A DNA stretch of 64,000 bases. It comes from Candidatus Latescibacterota bacterium (GTDB lineage Bacteria; Latescibacterota; UBA2968; UBA8231). Below, one piece after another: positions 46,185 to 56,707 of the stretch; the stretch's first letter is position 1, and each line of letters starts with the position of its first letter. Position numbers and translations under genes: made by a program. Where the stretch lies: NCBI GenBank assembly GCA_965203175.1, contig OZ241867.1, positions 3,648,001-3,712,000 of the forward strand, written 5' to 3'. A model generated the notes under the pieces. The model saw only the letters and a list, made by a program, of their open reading frames with translations, was not told where the DNA came from and did not search any database.

Positions 46185-47348
46185 TTAGCTTCCGGCTTGT
46201 TGCGCGAATTCGCAGATGGTGGTCACGCCGCGGCGGATGTGTTCTTCGGAGGCGGCGATGGAGATGCGCACGTGGTCGCGGCACATCTGGCCGAAGGTGC
46301 TGCCCGGGGCCACGGCCACGCGCTTTTCTTTGAGCAGTCGGATGGCGAATTCGCCGGAGTCCATGCCAGCCGCGGAGATGTCGATCATCAGGTAGATCGC
46401 GCCGCCTGGGGTGTAGCGGTACAAGTTGTATTCTCGCAGGACATCAAGGGCAATGTCGCGGCGGCGCGCATAGGCGCGGCACATGGCGGCTACGTCGTCT
46501 TGCGGGCCATCGAGCGCGTCGGCTGACGCGAGTTGGGAAAATCCCGTGCCACACGAGATAAACGGCTCTTGGAGCTTGGTAGCTAGTTCGATGTACTCGG
46601 GATTGGCACGGGTGAAGCCGACTCGGTAGCCGGTCATGGCATAGCTTTTGGACATGCCGGAGACGATGATGGCGCGTCCGTCCGCATCGTGCGGCAGCGC
46701 GCTCTGATGCGGTTGATCGAAGACGATCTGGCCGTAGATCTCGTCGGACAGCACCCACAAATCATGGCGCTGGGCCAAGTCCATGAGTTGGCGCATCAGG
46801 GCCTCGTCGTACACTTGGCCGGTGGGGTTAGAGGGCGTGCAGAGGAGGAGGAGCTTGGTGCGGGGGCTGACTAGGCGGTCGATTTCGTCGAGGTCGGGCA
46901 GAAAGTGGTTTTTCGCCCGCAGATTGTAAAAGACGGGTTGTCCGTGGACGATGGAGACGGCCATCTCGTAGTTGGGCCAGCCTGGGTCGGGTAACAGGAC
47001 CTCGTCGCCCGGTTCGAGCAGGGCAAGGAAAGTGGTCGCCACGCTCATGACGGCTCCAGGGGTGACGAGGATGTTTTCGCTGGTGGTGGACACGCCGGTG
47101 CGGCGCTCAAAGTAGCGGGCTGCGGCCGCGCGCAACGCATCGACTCCGGCGTTGGGGACGTACTTGGTGTGGCCGGCGCGCGCGTAGCGGCAGGTGGCTT
47201 CGACAATGGACTCTGGGGTGGCAAAATCGGGTTGCCCGACTTCGAGGTGGATGACCTCGCCCGTCTTTTCGACGGCCCAAGCCAAATCCATGATCTCGCG
47301 GATGCCCGAGCGGGGAATAGACGCGGGGATGCGGGCAAAAGGCTTCAT
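46185..47348 (-). CDS. PLP-dependent class I/II aminotransferase
   Basis: GQPDF, PSNPTG, SDEIY, SKSYAMTGYRVG. Confidence 0.92.
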   Translation of the reverse strand: MKPFARIPASIPRSGIREIMDLAWAVEKTGEVIHLEVGQPDFATPESIVEATCRYARAGHTKYVPNAGVDALRAAAARYFERRTGVSTTSENILVTPGAVMSVATTFLALLEPGDEVLLPDPGWPNYEMAVSIVHGQPVFYNLRAKNHFLPDLDEIDRLVSPRTKLLLLCTPSNPTGQVYDEALMRQLMDLAQRHDLWVLSDEIYGQIVFDQPHQSALPHDADGRAIIVSGMSKSYAMTGYRVGFTRANPEYIELATKLQEPFISCGTGFSQLASADALDGPQDDVAAMCRAYARRRDIALDVLREYNLYRYTPGGAIYLMIDISAAGMDSGEFAIRLLKEKRVAVAPGSTFGQMCRDHVRISIAASEEHIRRGVTTICEFAQQAGS

Positions 47349-48142
47349 CGGAGATGAATGCCCGGGCCGGTCGCGCCGATCATCTGCACGGTGTTGTAGA
47401 TGGAGACCGGTGTCGAGGCCCCGGTGACTCCGGTGATTCCCTCGCTGCGCGCAACCTTGAGGTCGAGGCCCGGGCCTTGGGCGTGGATTTCGACGATGGC
47501 TTCGCTCCACTCCGGGCTTACCAGCAGCAGCGAGTGCGTGCGGTCAAAGCCGATGCCGGCGTAGGCGATGGCCGCGTGGGTATTGACGTTGCGCGGGAAG
47601 AGTGGACAGATGCCGCGCGTCGGGCCGTCGTAGAGAACCGTTTCTTCTTTGATGTCGTCGGGATCGAGGCCGGCGGCCGCGCAATCGACGTTGTGCGGGG
47701 GCTTTTTCATCACCACATCGACGGACTCCCACACGTCGCGGTTTTCCAACAGCGCGTCCATGCCGACTACGCCTCCGTGCGGGACGAAGGCGCGGGTGCC
47801 AGCGCGGCGGGTCGTCTCCTCAATGGTGGTTTCGACGGCTCGGTCGGCGAGGGCGGTCACTGAGATGAACATGTAGTTGGTTTTTTCGAGAATCGTCTGG
47901 CCCCATTGGCGGGTGACGTCTGGATGGGCCATCTCGACGACGAGGTCGGGCTGCCGCGATTCAAAGTCGCTCAAGTCCGCTAGGCAGAGGTCGGCGGGGA
48001 GGTTTTGGACGGCCGCGGCCATTTGATCGTGGACGAAGACGACCTCCATGCCGTTGTCTGCGTCAGCGTCTATCATCTTGTGGACGACTTGGCCGATCTG
48101 GCCGTAGCCGATTAGGCCGATGCGGGTCGATTGTTGGCGCAT
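47345..48142 (-). CDS. Aspartate dehydrogenase-like (NadX/DUF108) oxidoreductase
   Basis: GLIGYGQIG, PDLVVEMAHP, GGVVGMD, FPRNVN. Confidence 0.82.
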   Translation of the reverse strand: MRQQSTRIGLIGYGQIGQVVHKMIDADADNGMEVVFVHDQMAAAVQNLPADLCLADLSDFESRQPDLVVEMAHPDVTRQWGQTILEKTNYMFISVTALADRAVETTIEETTRRAGTRAFVPHGGVVGMDALLENRDVWESVDVVMKKPPHNVDCAAAGLDPDDIKEETVLYDGPTRGICPLFPRNVNTHAAIAYAGIGFDRTHSLLLVSPEWSEAIVEIHAQGPGLDLKVARSEGITGVTGASTPVSIYNTVQMIGATGPGIHLR

Positions 48143-48295
48143 GATTTGGCTCCTCAAAACGGGGTGAAAGCAGAAGTAGCGAATATATGCACTGGCCGGG
48201 GATATGGCGAACAAAGGGCGCGTTTTGGCTGGCAGGAAAGGTACCCGCCGCCATTGTTGAGAAGCGCAGCGTAGCGACGGCGGACAAGCGGCCTC

Positions 48296-49312
48296 TCAAT
48301 CCAGCCAATCGACGACCATCCCGACGATATTCCCATCCCGCTCTCGCTTAATGCGCTCGAACATCGCCGGCATCTCGGCGCACCCTATTCGATGGGTAAT
48401 GCAGTGTTCCCATTTGAGCACTCCCATCGCCATGTTCTTGATTACAGCGCGGCGGCAGGGCTGCCAGCCGTCATCGCAGGGAAAGAACATCTGTAGCCGC
48501 TTGCCGTGTGGCGTAGGAAAGTCCAAGGCGATCGGATCGTCCCCGTAGTGGCCCTGCCAGACGAAAGAGCCAAACCGCCGACAGAGGGCAATCGCCGGAT
48601 CGATGCACTGCGGGTGTCCGGTACACTCGAATACTACATCGGCACCTTCGGGCGCGAGCTCTCCTACTACAGCGGCCACGTCCTGCTTTTTGCCGTTGAT
48701 TGCACAATCCGCTCCCAGCGCCTTGGCGACTGCCAGCGGTTTTTCATCAATGTCCACTGCCACCACCACGCACCCCCGCTGTGCACAAGCTGCCACCACC
48801 CCTAAGCCAATCATCCCCACCCCGTGCACCACCACCGTATCTCCCATCCGCGGATTGGCCATATCGACGCCGTAGAGCCCCACGGCCGGCATCACAAACA
48901 AACTCGCCACATCCATCCCCGCTCCGGGCACCATCTTGGCCACGCCATGCGTGGTATTGGGCCGAGTTACGATGCGGCTGCAATGCCCCCCGGAAACGCA
49001 CCCAACTTCCGTCCCGTCGGCCAGTCGCATCGCGTCATTGCCGCGAAAATACACTTCGTCGCCGACCGCAAAATTGTCGATATCGGCCCCGACAGCTTCT
49101 ATGGTGCCCGTGCCCTGATAGCCGGTGCACAACGGAAAGGGGTTGCGGTTCATTTTGCTGATCTTGCCGCTGATCAGTCCGAACTCGGTGCCGATACTGA
49201 CCCCGGTGAAATGGGTGCGGATCGCGACTTGGTCGGGGGCGGGATCGTTCAGTACGACCTTAGTCAGCGCGAAATTTTGCTGCTCGTCGCAGATGAGCGC
49301 TTTGGCATCCAT
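48296..49312 (-). CDS. Zinc-binding (MDR) alcohol dehydrogenase family protein
   Basis: SIGTE, GYQGTG, GVGMIG, DVVFECTG. Confidence 0.88.
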   Translation of the reverse strand: MDAKALICDEQQNFALTKVVLNDPAPDQVAIRTHFTGVSIGTEFGLISGKISKMNRNPFPLCTGYQGTGTIEAVGADIDNFAVGDEVYFRGNDAMRLADGTEVGCVSGGHCSRIVTRPNTTHGVAKMVPGAGMDVASLFVMPAVGLYGVDMANPRMGDTVVVHGVGMIGLGVVAACAQRGCVVVAVDIDEKPLAVAKALGADCAINGKKQDVAAVVGELAPEGADVVFECTGHPQCIDPAIALCRRFGSFVWQGHYGDDPIALDFPTPHGKRLQMFFPCDDGWQPCRRAVIKNMAMGVLKWEHCITHRIGCAEMPAMFERIKRERDGNIVGMVVDWLD

Positions 49313-49335
49313 GAAAATCCTTTCGGGTGGTTAAT

Positions 49336-51804
49336 TTATTTTCTTTCGGCGATTTTGCAGACCCAGATGCTGATTTCGTAGAGCAGGAGCAGGGGCAGGG
49401 CCATGAGGAGCTGGGAGACTGGGTCGGGCGGCGTGAAGATCGCGCCGAGGACGAAGATGCCGATGATGGCATAGCGGCGGATACGGCGCATCCGCGCGGC
49501 AGTTAGCACCCCGACCTTGGCCAAAAAAAGCGACAGCACGGGCATCTCAAAGACGATGCCAAAACCGGCGATCAGCCGCAGCACAAAGCCGATGTACTCG
49601 TCGGCCGCCCATTGCGAGGTCATGTCGGGCGGTTCTAGCGCGAGGAAAAAGCGCAACCCGAGCGGGAGGACGATGTAATAGGCGATCAGCGCGCCAATCG
49701 AGAAGCAGAGGACGCTCAGCGAGATGATGGGCAGCGTGAGCCGTTTCTCGCGCTGCAAAAGCCCTGGGGCGACAAAGCGCCAGGCTTGGTAGAAGATGAC
49801 CGGCAGCGCCAACAGCAGCCCGCCGACAAAGGCGATTTGCAGGCTGATGAAGAAGTAAGTCATGGGTCGGAGGGCTTGCAGGCGGCGCGCTGGGGGCAGG
49901 TCGGGGATGGGCGCGTCCGGTTCGGGCGCAGCATCGGGTTGGTCCAACCACTGGCTCACTAGTTTTTTGACCGCCAGCACCACGCCCGAGGATTGCTGGC
50001 TCTCCAAGCTGAGGACGGCCTCTTCGTACGGACGGGTCAAGATCTGCATAATCGAGTCGGAGAAGGCGAAGCAAATTACCGCGCCCACGACGAGCGCGGC
50101 TAGGGCCTTGAGAATGCGCCAGCGGAGTTCTTCGAGATGGTCGAGAAAGGGCATGTTGGCTTCTCGGGGTGAGTCTGGGGCGTGGGAGGCTTCTATGTCG
50201 TGATCAACTTCTGGATCATGGTCAGCTTCTATGTCGTGATGAGTTTCCGGTTCGTGGTCGGCAGCCGCTGGCTCGCGGGCGGGTCGCGGTTTGCGGAAAC
50301 GGGCGACAAAAGCGATCAAGACGATCAGCAGGCAGTTCCAGGCGAAGAGGTCGCCGTGCCGAGTGTAAAAGGTCGTGGGTTGGCCGACTGGCACGGTGGC
50401 AACTGCGACTGCGGGCGTGAAGAGATCGGTCGCCTCGTAGGTGCGGCCAAATGGGTCGATAAACAGGGAAATGCCGGTGGTGGCGGAGCGGGCTATGGCT
50501 GTGCGGTTTTCAACGGCGCGCATGGCGTTGATGAGTGCGTGTTGATAGGGGCCCGCGCTGCGGCCAAACCACGAGTCATTGGTGATGTTGACCAACACGC
50601 GCGCCCCAGCCGCCACGTGCTGGCGCACCAGATCGGGAAAGATGGACTCAAAGCAGATGAGCACGGCAAAGGGATGCCGGGGATGGGCAAAAACCGCGTG
50701 CTCTGTGCCGCGCGCGAATTCCGCTGGGCCTAGGTCGCCGGTCAGGCGGGTCCAGTCGATGTCGCGCAGCAGGGGGATGGCGTCGCGGTAGGGCGTCCGC
50801 TCGCCAAAGGGCACCAAGTGCATCTTGGCGTACGAGGGCAGGGTGGTGGCCCCGGGTTGGACGAAGAAGGCCGCGTTGTAGTTCGCGTGCGGCGCGCCGG
50901 TCAGCAAGGGGATGCCCAGCTCCTCGACGAGCGCTTGGATGTGGCCCTGGCAACTGGCCCGGCGCACGGGATCGCACGGCACGGCAGTCTCGGGCCAAAC
51001 CAACAGCTCGGGATTGCGCTTGGCTGCTTGGCGCGAGAGGGTGGCAAGAGCTGAGAAAGTGCGCTCCAGCCCGTTGGGACCCCATTTATCGACGTACGTA
51101 GTGTTCGGTTGGATCAGACCGATGCGCAGGCTCTCGGTCGGGACGGCGGTCGCCATAGCGCTCTGAGCGTGGACCCAAGGCAAGAGATAGCCCAAGGCAA
51201 CGCCCGCGAGAAAGACGCGCCGCTCGACGAGCGCCAAGTACAATAACGCGTTGAGGCCGACGACCCAGCAGGAGACGCCAAAGACGCCGGTCCAGGTGGC
51301 GTACTGGATGAAGTGGGGCAGGGCCGCTTGGCTGTGCCCCAGCAAGAGCCAGGGAAAACCCAACTCCCCGAGCGAGAGCAGATATTCCTGACCGGTCCAC
51401 AACAAAGGCAGCAGTGCGAGTGCCTTCGCGCCCCACCGCGCGGCGAGCACGTTGAACAGCCCGGTACAGAGACCGGTAAAAAGGCCCAAATAAGCGGCCA
51501 TTAGCCCGGTACCTGCGACGACGGCGGGCCCGCCGCCTTGAGTATAGGCCACCCAGTACAGGGATAGCAGATTCCAGACCAAGCCGCTGATCCAGCCCGC
51601 GGCAAAGCCGGCTTTGAAGCCGCGGCCTTTTAGCGCGAGCAGCAAAGGCACCAGCGCACAATGGGCCCAGAGCGGATGAAAGAGAAAGGCGAGGGGGTGA
51701 TCGGGGTGGCTGGGAAAGGCCAGCGAGAGCAAGGCCCCGCTCAGTGCGGCCAGCAGCAGGCGGTAAAGCGGGGTTAGGACCAGAACAAAGCGCGGGTTAG
51801 ACAT
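49336..51804 (-). CDS. lnt-tatC: Fusion: apolipoprotein N-acyltransferase (Lnt) + twin-arginine translocase subunit TatC
   Basis: Lnt triad motifs WPETA, KMHLVPFGE, ICFESIF plus TNDSWFG. In frame, from ATG 50154: MPFLDHLEELR, FVAPGL, FEMP, TPPDPVSQ. Confidence 0.9.
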   Translation of the reverse strand: MSNPRFVLVLTPLYRLLLAALSGALLSLAFPSHPDHPLAFLFHPLWAHCALVPLLLALKGRGFKAGFAAGWISGLVWNLLSLYWVAYTQGGGPAVVAGTGLMAAYLGLFTGLCTGLFNVLAARWGAKALALLPLLWTGQEYLLSLGELGFPWLLLGHSQAALPHFIQYATWTGVFGVSCWVVGLNALLYLALVERRVFLAGVALGYLLPWVHAQSAMATAVPTESLRIGLIQPNTTYVDKWGPNGLERTFSALATLSRQAAKRNPELLVWPETAVPCDPVRRASCQGHIQALVEELGIPLLTGAPHANYNAAFFVQPGATTLPSYAKMHLVPFGERTPYRDAIPLLRDIDWTRLTGDLGPAEFARGTEHAVFAHPRHPFAVLICFESIFPDLVRQHVAAGARVLVNITNDSWFGRSAGPYQHALINAMRAVENRTAIARSATTGISLFIDPFGRTYEATDLFTPAVAVATVPVGQPTTFYTRHGDLFAWNCLLIVLIAFVARFRKPRPAREPAAADHEPETHHDIEADHDPEVDHDIEASHAPDSPREANMPFLDHLEELRWRILKALAALVVGAVICFAFSDSIMQILTRPYEEAVLSLESQQSSGVVLAVKKLVSQWLDQPDAAPEPDAPIPDLPPARRLQALRPMTYFFISLQIAFVGGLLLALPVIFYQAWRFVAPGLLQREKRLTLPIISLSVLCFSIGALIAYYIVLPLGLRFFLALEPPDMTSQWAADEYIGFVLRLIAGFGIVFEMPVLSLFLAKVGVLTAARMRRIRRYAIIGIFVLGAIFTPPDPVSQLLMALPLLLLYEISIWVCKIAERK
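50189..50260. repeat. 36-bp tandem duplication encoding the His/Asp-rich Lnt-TatC linker
   Basis: GCTTCTATGTCGTGAT at 50189 and 50225. Encodes DHEPET-HHDIEA-DHDPEV-DHDIEA. Confidence 0.8.
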
Positions 51805-51976
51805 CGGCAGTGGGGGGTAATGCGCAAAAATATAGGAGGGGGATCGGGGCGGAGCAAGGTGCTGGCACAGATTGTGCTTATACGTCGGTTGCGTCTAGTA
51901 CCCACAGACTCGTGGGAGCTGGGCGCTACATTCGCGTGGTTTTTTTGCTACAGCTTTGCTCAAGGAGGAACGCGCC

Positions 51977-52696
51977 GTGCCAACGCAAACTCAGCCCATT
52001 GACTACGACTTTGCCGCCCGCACTGTGGGCGAGGGGCCGCCCGTCCATCGCGGCGAACTGCCACGAGAGCGGCTCGCGCGCCTGGGGCCGCAGGCGCTCA
52101 AAGACCAAGAGCTGTTGGCCGTGGCCTTGGGGACGGGGTATCGCGGCCGACACGTGATGGACTTGGCCGAGAGCATCCTCGCTGATTATCCAAAGGAATC
52201 GCTGGTGGACATGGACTTAGGGCAATTGAGCCGGATTAAGGGACTGGGCAAGGCCAAGGCCGGGGTCTTGGTCGCGGCGTTTGAACTGGCGCGCCGCGGG
52301 TTGCACAAGGGCTTGGGGGTGCGGCCGGTGATTAGTGCGCCCGGCGACGCGCTGTCCATGCTGTCCGACATCAAGGATCAGCAGCGCGAGCACTTTCTCT
52401 GCTTGTATCTCAACGCCCGCAATCAGGTGATCCACAAGGAGGTCGTGTCCATCGGCAGTCTATCTTCGGCCATCGTGCATCCGCGCGAGGTCTTTCGCAC
52501 GGCTGTAGCGCAGGCTGCGGCCAGCGTGATCTTGGCGCACAACCATCCCTCCGGCGACGTGTCGCCCAGCCAAGACGACATCAACTTGACGCGGCGCTTG
52601 GTGCAGGCCGGCGAAATTATGGGCATTGACGTACTCGACCATCTCATCATCGGCAGCGATGATTTTATCAGCTTGAAGGAGCGCGGATTGATATGA
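51977..52696 (+). CDS. radC: RadC family JAB-domain protein
   Basis: PRERL, GLGKAKA, VHPREVF, HNHPSGD..PS..D, LDHLIIG. GTG start behind AAGGAGG. Confidence 0.93.
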   Translation: MPTQTQPIDYDFAARTVGEGPPVHRGELPRERLARLGPQALKDQELLAVALGTGYRGRHVMDLAESILADYPKESLVDMDLGQLSRIKGLGKAKAGVLVAAFELARRGLHKGLGVRPVISAPGDALSMLSDIKDQQREHFLCLYLNARNQVIHKEVVSIGSLSSAIVHPREVFRTAVAQAAASVILAHNHPSGDVSPSQDDINLTRRLVQAGEIMGIDVLDHLIIGSDDFISLKERGLI

Positions 52697-52773
52697 AGAA
52701 AGAAAATTGTATTTGCCCGGCAAAAGCCTATATTACTGACAAACGCAGCAATTTATACAAGGGTACGCGAGCG

Positions 52774-53472
52774 ATGAAAGACGAAGAAAGTCATCTAATT
52801 CCAGTGTACATTTTCGACATGTACCCCTATCCAGACTCGGAACAGGGTTTGGGCATGCCGCAGAAGTTCTTGGTTTTGCTCAAGGGCACGGAAAACAGCG
52901 TGGTGCCCATCACGATCGGCCACTTCGAGGGCCAAGCCCTCGCCATGGCCCTGCGCAAAATCGCCTTGCCGCGACCCCTGCCGCACGATCTGTTGTGCAA
53001 CCTGCTCAAGCGAATCGACGCCGTGGTCCACAAGCTGGTGGTCCACACCCTCAAAGAGGATGTTTTCCACGCGTACCTGCTGGTCCAAGCCCAAGGCCAG
53101 TCCTTTTACCTCGACTGCCGCCCGAGCGACGGTATGATCGTGGCCACGCTCTTGGGCGTGCCGCTCTTTTTGACCCCAGAGGTCATGGAGGCGGCTGGCC
53201 AACCGCTGGAGCACTCCGACGAGCGCGAAGGGGCTAGCAGCGAACAAGCTGCTGCGCCCGAGGTGGTCCAGGATGCGCCCGCAGAGGACAAAGCGGCTGA
53301 GTGCGAAAGTGCCGCGAATAAGCCGGAGGCGTTCGTGGATCCGCAGACGGGCGAGCCGATAAGCCAGTTGGAACAGCTCAAGGCGCACTTGGACTGGCTC
53401 ATCGCCTGCGAGGCCTACGAGCAGGCAGCCAAGGTCCGCGACCGCATCAGCGAGCTAGAGTCCGACAGCTGA
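52774..53472 (+). CDS. Bifunctional nuclease family (DUF151) protein with C-terminal UVR domain
   Basis: PITIGHFEG, RPLPHDL, DCRPSD, C-terminal EAYEQAAKVRDRI. Confidence 0.88.
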   Translation: MKDEESHLIPVYIFDMYPYPDSEQGLGMPQKFLVLLKGTENSVVPITIGHFEGQALAMALRKIALPRPLPHDLLCNLLKRIDAVVHKLVVHTLKEDVFHAYLLVQAQGQSFYLDCRPSDGMIVATLLGVPLFLTPEVMEAAGQPLEHSDEREGASSEQAAAPEVVQDAPAEDKAAECESAANKPEAFVDPQTGEPISQLEQLKAHLDWLIACEAYEQAAKVRDRISELESDS

Positions 53473-53496
53473 GGTCATTCTCGCTGCGCCGCGCTT

Positions 53497-53538
53497 AGAC
53501 GCTCTTGTACGGCTGTTGTCGTGCAGGGGCGTTTTTTT
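53497..53538 (+). terminator. Rho-independent terminator
   Basis: AGACGCTCTTGTACGGC-TGTT-GTCGTGCAGGGGCGTTT stem (with G-U pairs) followed by a T run, between convergent genes. Confidence 0.75.
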
Positions 53539-53545
53539 GTGCGCG

Positions 53546-55429
53546 CTAGGTGGCGGATCGAGTGCGGGCGTGCAAGAAGACCATGAGCGAAGCGAGGTCC
53601 GCGGGCGAGACTCCGGAAATGCGCGAAGCCTGTCCTAGGGTCTGCGGGCGGATGGTCTCGAGCTTTTGGCGCGCCTCAGTTGAAATGTTCAGTCCGGGAG
53701 CGGCGAAGTCAAAATCGGTCGGCAGGCGCAGGGATTCGAGGCGCTTGAGCTTTTGCGCTTGGGTTTCTTGGCGCTTGATGTACCCCGCGTATTTGATCTC
53801 GGCCTCGACGTGTTCGGCCGCGTCTGGGGACAGGGGCTGTGGAGGCGGGGCGAATTCGCAGAGGTGGTCGTAGTTGAGTTGGGGGCGGCGCAGCAACTCG
53901 GCGAGCGAGGTCGATTCGGCAATGGGAGCAGTGCCCTGCCGCGTCAAGACCTCTTGCACTTTTTCAGTCGGTTTGACGCGCTCGTGTTGTAGGCGTTCGC
54001 GCTCGGCACCCACCTGTTGCTGCTTGGTTTGAAACTGGTGCCACAGGTCGTCGCCGATCAATCCCAGGGCCCGGCCCTTGGCCATCAAACGGTCGTCGGC
54101 GTTGTCCTCGCGCAAGAGCAGGCGGTGCTCGGCGCGCGAGGTGAAGATGCGGTACGGCTCTAGCGTGCCTTTGGTCACGAGGTCGTCGATTAGCACGCCG
54201 ATGTAGGCGTCGGCGCGCGTGAGCACGAGCGGGTCGTCGCCGCGCGCCTTGAGTACGGCGTTGATACCGGCCATAATCCCTTGGGCCGCGGCTTCTTCAT
54301 AGCCAGTGGTGCCGTTGATCTGGCCGGCGAAGAAGAGATTGGCCACGCGCTTGGTCTCTAAGTGGGGGTAGAGTTGGGTCGGCGGGGCGTAATCGTATTC
54401 GACTGCGTACGCCGGGCGCAGGATCTCGGCTCGTTCGAGGCCGGGCAGGGAGCGCACGATCTGGGGCTGCAGGGTCTCCGGCAGGCTCATCGACAGGCCG
54501 TTGAGATAAAATTCGAGAGTGCGCCGCCCCTCTGGCTCGACGAAAACTTGGTGTCGTTCCTTGTCGGCAAAGCGCGCGATTTTGTCCTCTATGGAGGGAC
54601 AGTAGCGCGGGCCGATGCCCTCGATGCGCCCACTGTACATGGCCGAGTGCGCTAGGTTGTCTTGGACGAGCTCGTGGGTGTGGGCGTTGGTGTAGGTGAT
54701 CCAGCAGGGCATTTGCGGCTGGATGATCTTTTGCACCGCATAGGAAAAGGGGCGCGGCGGGTCGTCGCCGGGCTGTTCTTCGAACGCGGCAAAGTCGAGG
54801 GTGCGGCCATTGACGCGCGGTGGGGTGCCAGTCTTGAGCCGGCCGGTTTCAAAGCCGAGCGCGACCAAGCCCTCGGCGGCCTTTTCAGCGGCAGTCTCGC
54901 CGGCGCGGCCTGCGCTATAGGAGAAATCGCCGACGTGAATTTTGCCGCGCAGGAAGGTGCCGGTCGTGAGGATGACGGTGCGGCTGCGGTAGGCGATGCC
55001 GCCCTTGACGCCGATGCCTTGGACGGTTCCGTCCTCGATTAGCAAGCTCTCCATCAGGCCCTGGCGGATGTCGAGATGTTCTTGCTGTTCGCAGGTGTAC
55101 TTCAGTTCGAATTGGTAGTCCTTTTTGTCGGCTTGGGCTCGCGAGGCGCGCACGGCTGGGCCGCGCGAGGTGTTGAGGCGGCGGAATTGGATGCCGGTGC
55201 GGTCGATGTTGACGGCCATCTGGCCGCCGAGCGCGTCGATTTCCTTGACGATGTGCCCCTTGCCGATCCCGCCGATAGCCGGGTTGCAGGATAGCTGGCC
55301 AATGGTATCCAAGTTCATGGTCAGGAGCAGGGTCTCGGCTCCCATGCGCGCCGCGGCGAGCGCGGCCTCGGTGCCGGCGTGGCCGCCGCCGACGACGATG
55401 ACTTGGTACGCTTTGTCGTAGAAAATCAC
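53546..55429 (-). CDS. mnmG: tRNA uridine-5-carboxymethylaminomethyl modification enzyme MnmG/GidA
   Basis: [50 protein letters not shown]. Confidence 0.97.
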   Translation of the reverse strand: MIFYDKAYQVIVVGGGHAGTEAALAAARMGAETLLLTMNLDTIGQLSCNPAIGGIGKGHIVKEIDALGGQMAVNIDRTGIQFRRLNTSRGPAVRASRAQADKKDYQFELKYTCEQQEHLDIRQGLMESLLIEDGTVQGIGVKGGIAYRSRTVILTTGTFLRGKIHVGDFSYSAGRAGETAAEKAAEGLVALGFETGRLKTGTPPRVNGRTLDFAAFEEQPGDDPPRPFSYAVQKIIQPQMPCWITYTNAHTHELVQDNLAHSAMYSGRIEGIGPRYCPSIEDKIARFADKERHQVFVEPEGRRTLEFYLNGLSMSLPETLQPQIVRSLPGLERAEILRPAYAVEYDYAPPTQLYPHLETKRVANLFFAGQINGTTGYEEAAAQGIMAGINAVLKARGDDPLVLTRADAYIGVLIDDLVTKGTLEPYRIFTSRAEHRLLLREDNADDRLMAKGRALGLIGDDLWHQFQTKQQQVGAERERLQHERVKPTEKVQEVLTRQGTAPIAESTSLAELLRRPQLNYDHLCEFAPPPQPLSPDAAEHVEAEIKYAGYIKRQETQAQKLKRLESLRLPTDFDFAAPGLNISTEARQKLETIRPQTLGQASRISGVSPADLASLMVFLHARTRSAT

Positions 55430-55707
55430 GATCGTTTATACTCGGCGAGGATGCGGTCGCCTTCCTCTTCGGTTTCGCGCAAGAGCGTTTGTAGCACGTC
55501 TTCGGGCGTGCCGGCGCGCTCTTGCTTTGCGGACCAGTGCCACTGATCCAAATAGGCGTCGGTGCCCACCTGTCCCTCCTGCATGGCGATGCGGTCGATC
55601 GCGAGTTGGAAGCGGCCGGGCAGGGTGTGCGAACTCGGTCGGCGGCCGGCAAAGAGCTTGATTTGCACGGGAATGTCGCGCCAGTAGAGGATCTGGTATT
55701 GAATCAT
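55426..55707 (-). CDS. Small 'virulence factor' family protein (associated with corrinoid/MTHFR loci)
   Basis: YWRDIPVQ...[14 protein letters not shown]...YLDQW. Confidence 0.8.
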   Translation of the reverse strand: MIQYQILYWRDIPVQIKLFAGRRPSSHTLPGRFQLAIDRIAMQEGQVGTDAYLDQWHWSAKQERAGTPEDVLQTLLRETEEEGDRILAEYKRS

Positions 55708-56693
55708 GGGTTGAGTGCTCGGCGAAAGGCGCGGATGTGATCCGGCGTGGTGCCGCAGCAGCCGCCGATGATCTGGATGCCAGCGGCTGCTAAGTTTGGG
55801 ATAAACGCGGCCATTTCCTCGGGACTTTGCGAGTAGATGGTACGGAGGGCGCTGTTGAGCTGCGGCATACCGGCATTGGGATAGATCATCAGCTTCTTGT
55901 CGAGGCCGCGCTCCTGCATGGCGGCCTTAAACTGCTCAACGCCGTGGAGGGCGTATGGCATGCCGGTGTGCTCGCTGCGCCGGGTTTCAGCGCCGCAGTT
56001 GACCCCGACGAGGTGGACATAGTCGAGGAGATTGTCGCCGCCGGAGTATTGGCCCGAGGCGAGTACGTCCAAAAGGTCGGCGACCGAGTGACCCCAATCG
56101 GTGCGATAGACGACCTGCTTGCTTTTGCGGTCCTGCGTGTATTTGAGCGCGAGGTTGACGGCAATGGGCAGGCCGGTCTGGCGGGCGATGTCGCAGACCA
56201 TGGCCGCTTCGACGGCTGAAAACTGGGTCTCAATGGAGAAAAAATCGACTCCGCCTTCGCAGAGCGCGTCGATGATGCGCTGATGCGCGGCGCGAACCTT
56301 GTCGTTGGCAATGCCGAAATCCGTACTACCCGCGTCGGCCTCGATGGCCCCGGGGGAGGGGCCGATGGAGCCGGCGATGAAGACATCGCGCTCGCTGCGA
56401 TCCCGGGCGCGCTGTGCCAACTCGGCCCCGCGCCGGGCCAGCGCACCGGCTTGGGTCGGGTCTTTGTCGGCCATGGCGAGGTGCAGCTCAGAGGCGACAA
56501 AGGTGTTGGTGCCAATGCAGTCGGCACCTGCGGCAATGTATTCGGCGTGGATATCGACGACCTCCTCTGGATAGCTTTCGTTGGCAAGGGTGGAGTTGGT
56601 CAGTTCGATTTGGCGGGCGAAAAGCTCGGAGCCAAAACCGCCGTCGTATAAGAGAGGGCGCGGGTCGTCAAGGCGCTGGAGGAAAAGGGACAC
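55704..56693 (-). CDS. Homocysteine S-methyltransferase domain protein (stand-alone MetH N-terminal module)
   Basis: DGGFGSEL, TNTF, AGSIGP, GVNCG, YPNAG, GGCCGTTPDHI (Zn ligands). GTG start at 56693. Confidence 0.9.
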   Translation of the reverse strand: MSLFLQRLDDPRPLLYDGGFGSELFARQIELTNSTLANESYPEEVVDIHAEYIAAGADCIGTNTFVASELHLAMADKDPTQAGALARRGAELAQRARDRSERDVFIAGSIGPSPGAIEADAGSTDFGIANDKVRAAHQRIIDALCEGGVDFFSIETQFSAVEAAMVCDIARQTGLPIAVNLALKYTQDRKSKQVVYRTDWGHSVADLLDVLASGQYSGGDNLLDYVHLVGVNCGAETRRSEHTGMPYALHGVEQFKAAMQERGLDKKLMIYPNAGMPQLNSALRTIYSQSPEEMAAFIPNLAAAGIQIIGGCCGTTPDHIRAFRRALNP

Positions 56694-56707
56694 AGATTGG
56701 TCTCCGT

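Noticed and set aside
51977-52696. RadC as a marker of a mobile element or anti-defence locus
   Set aside because: It is the full-length chromosomal form, lying among housekeeping genes.
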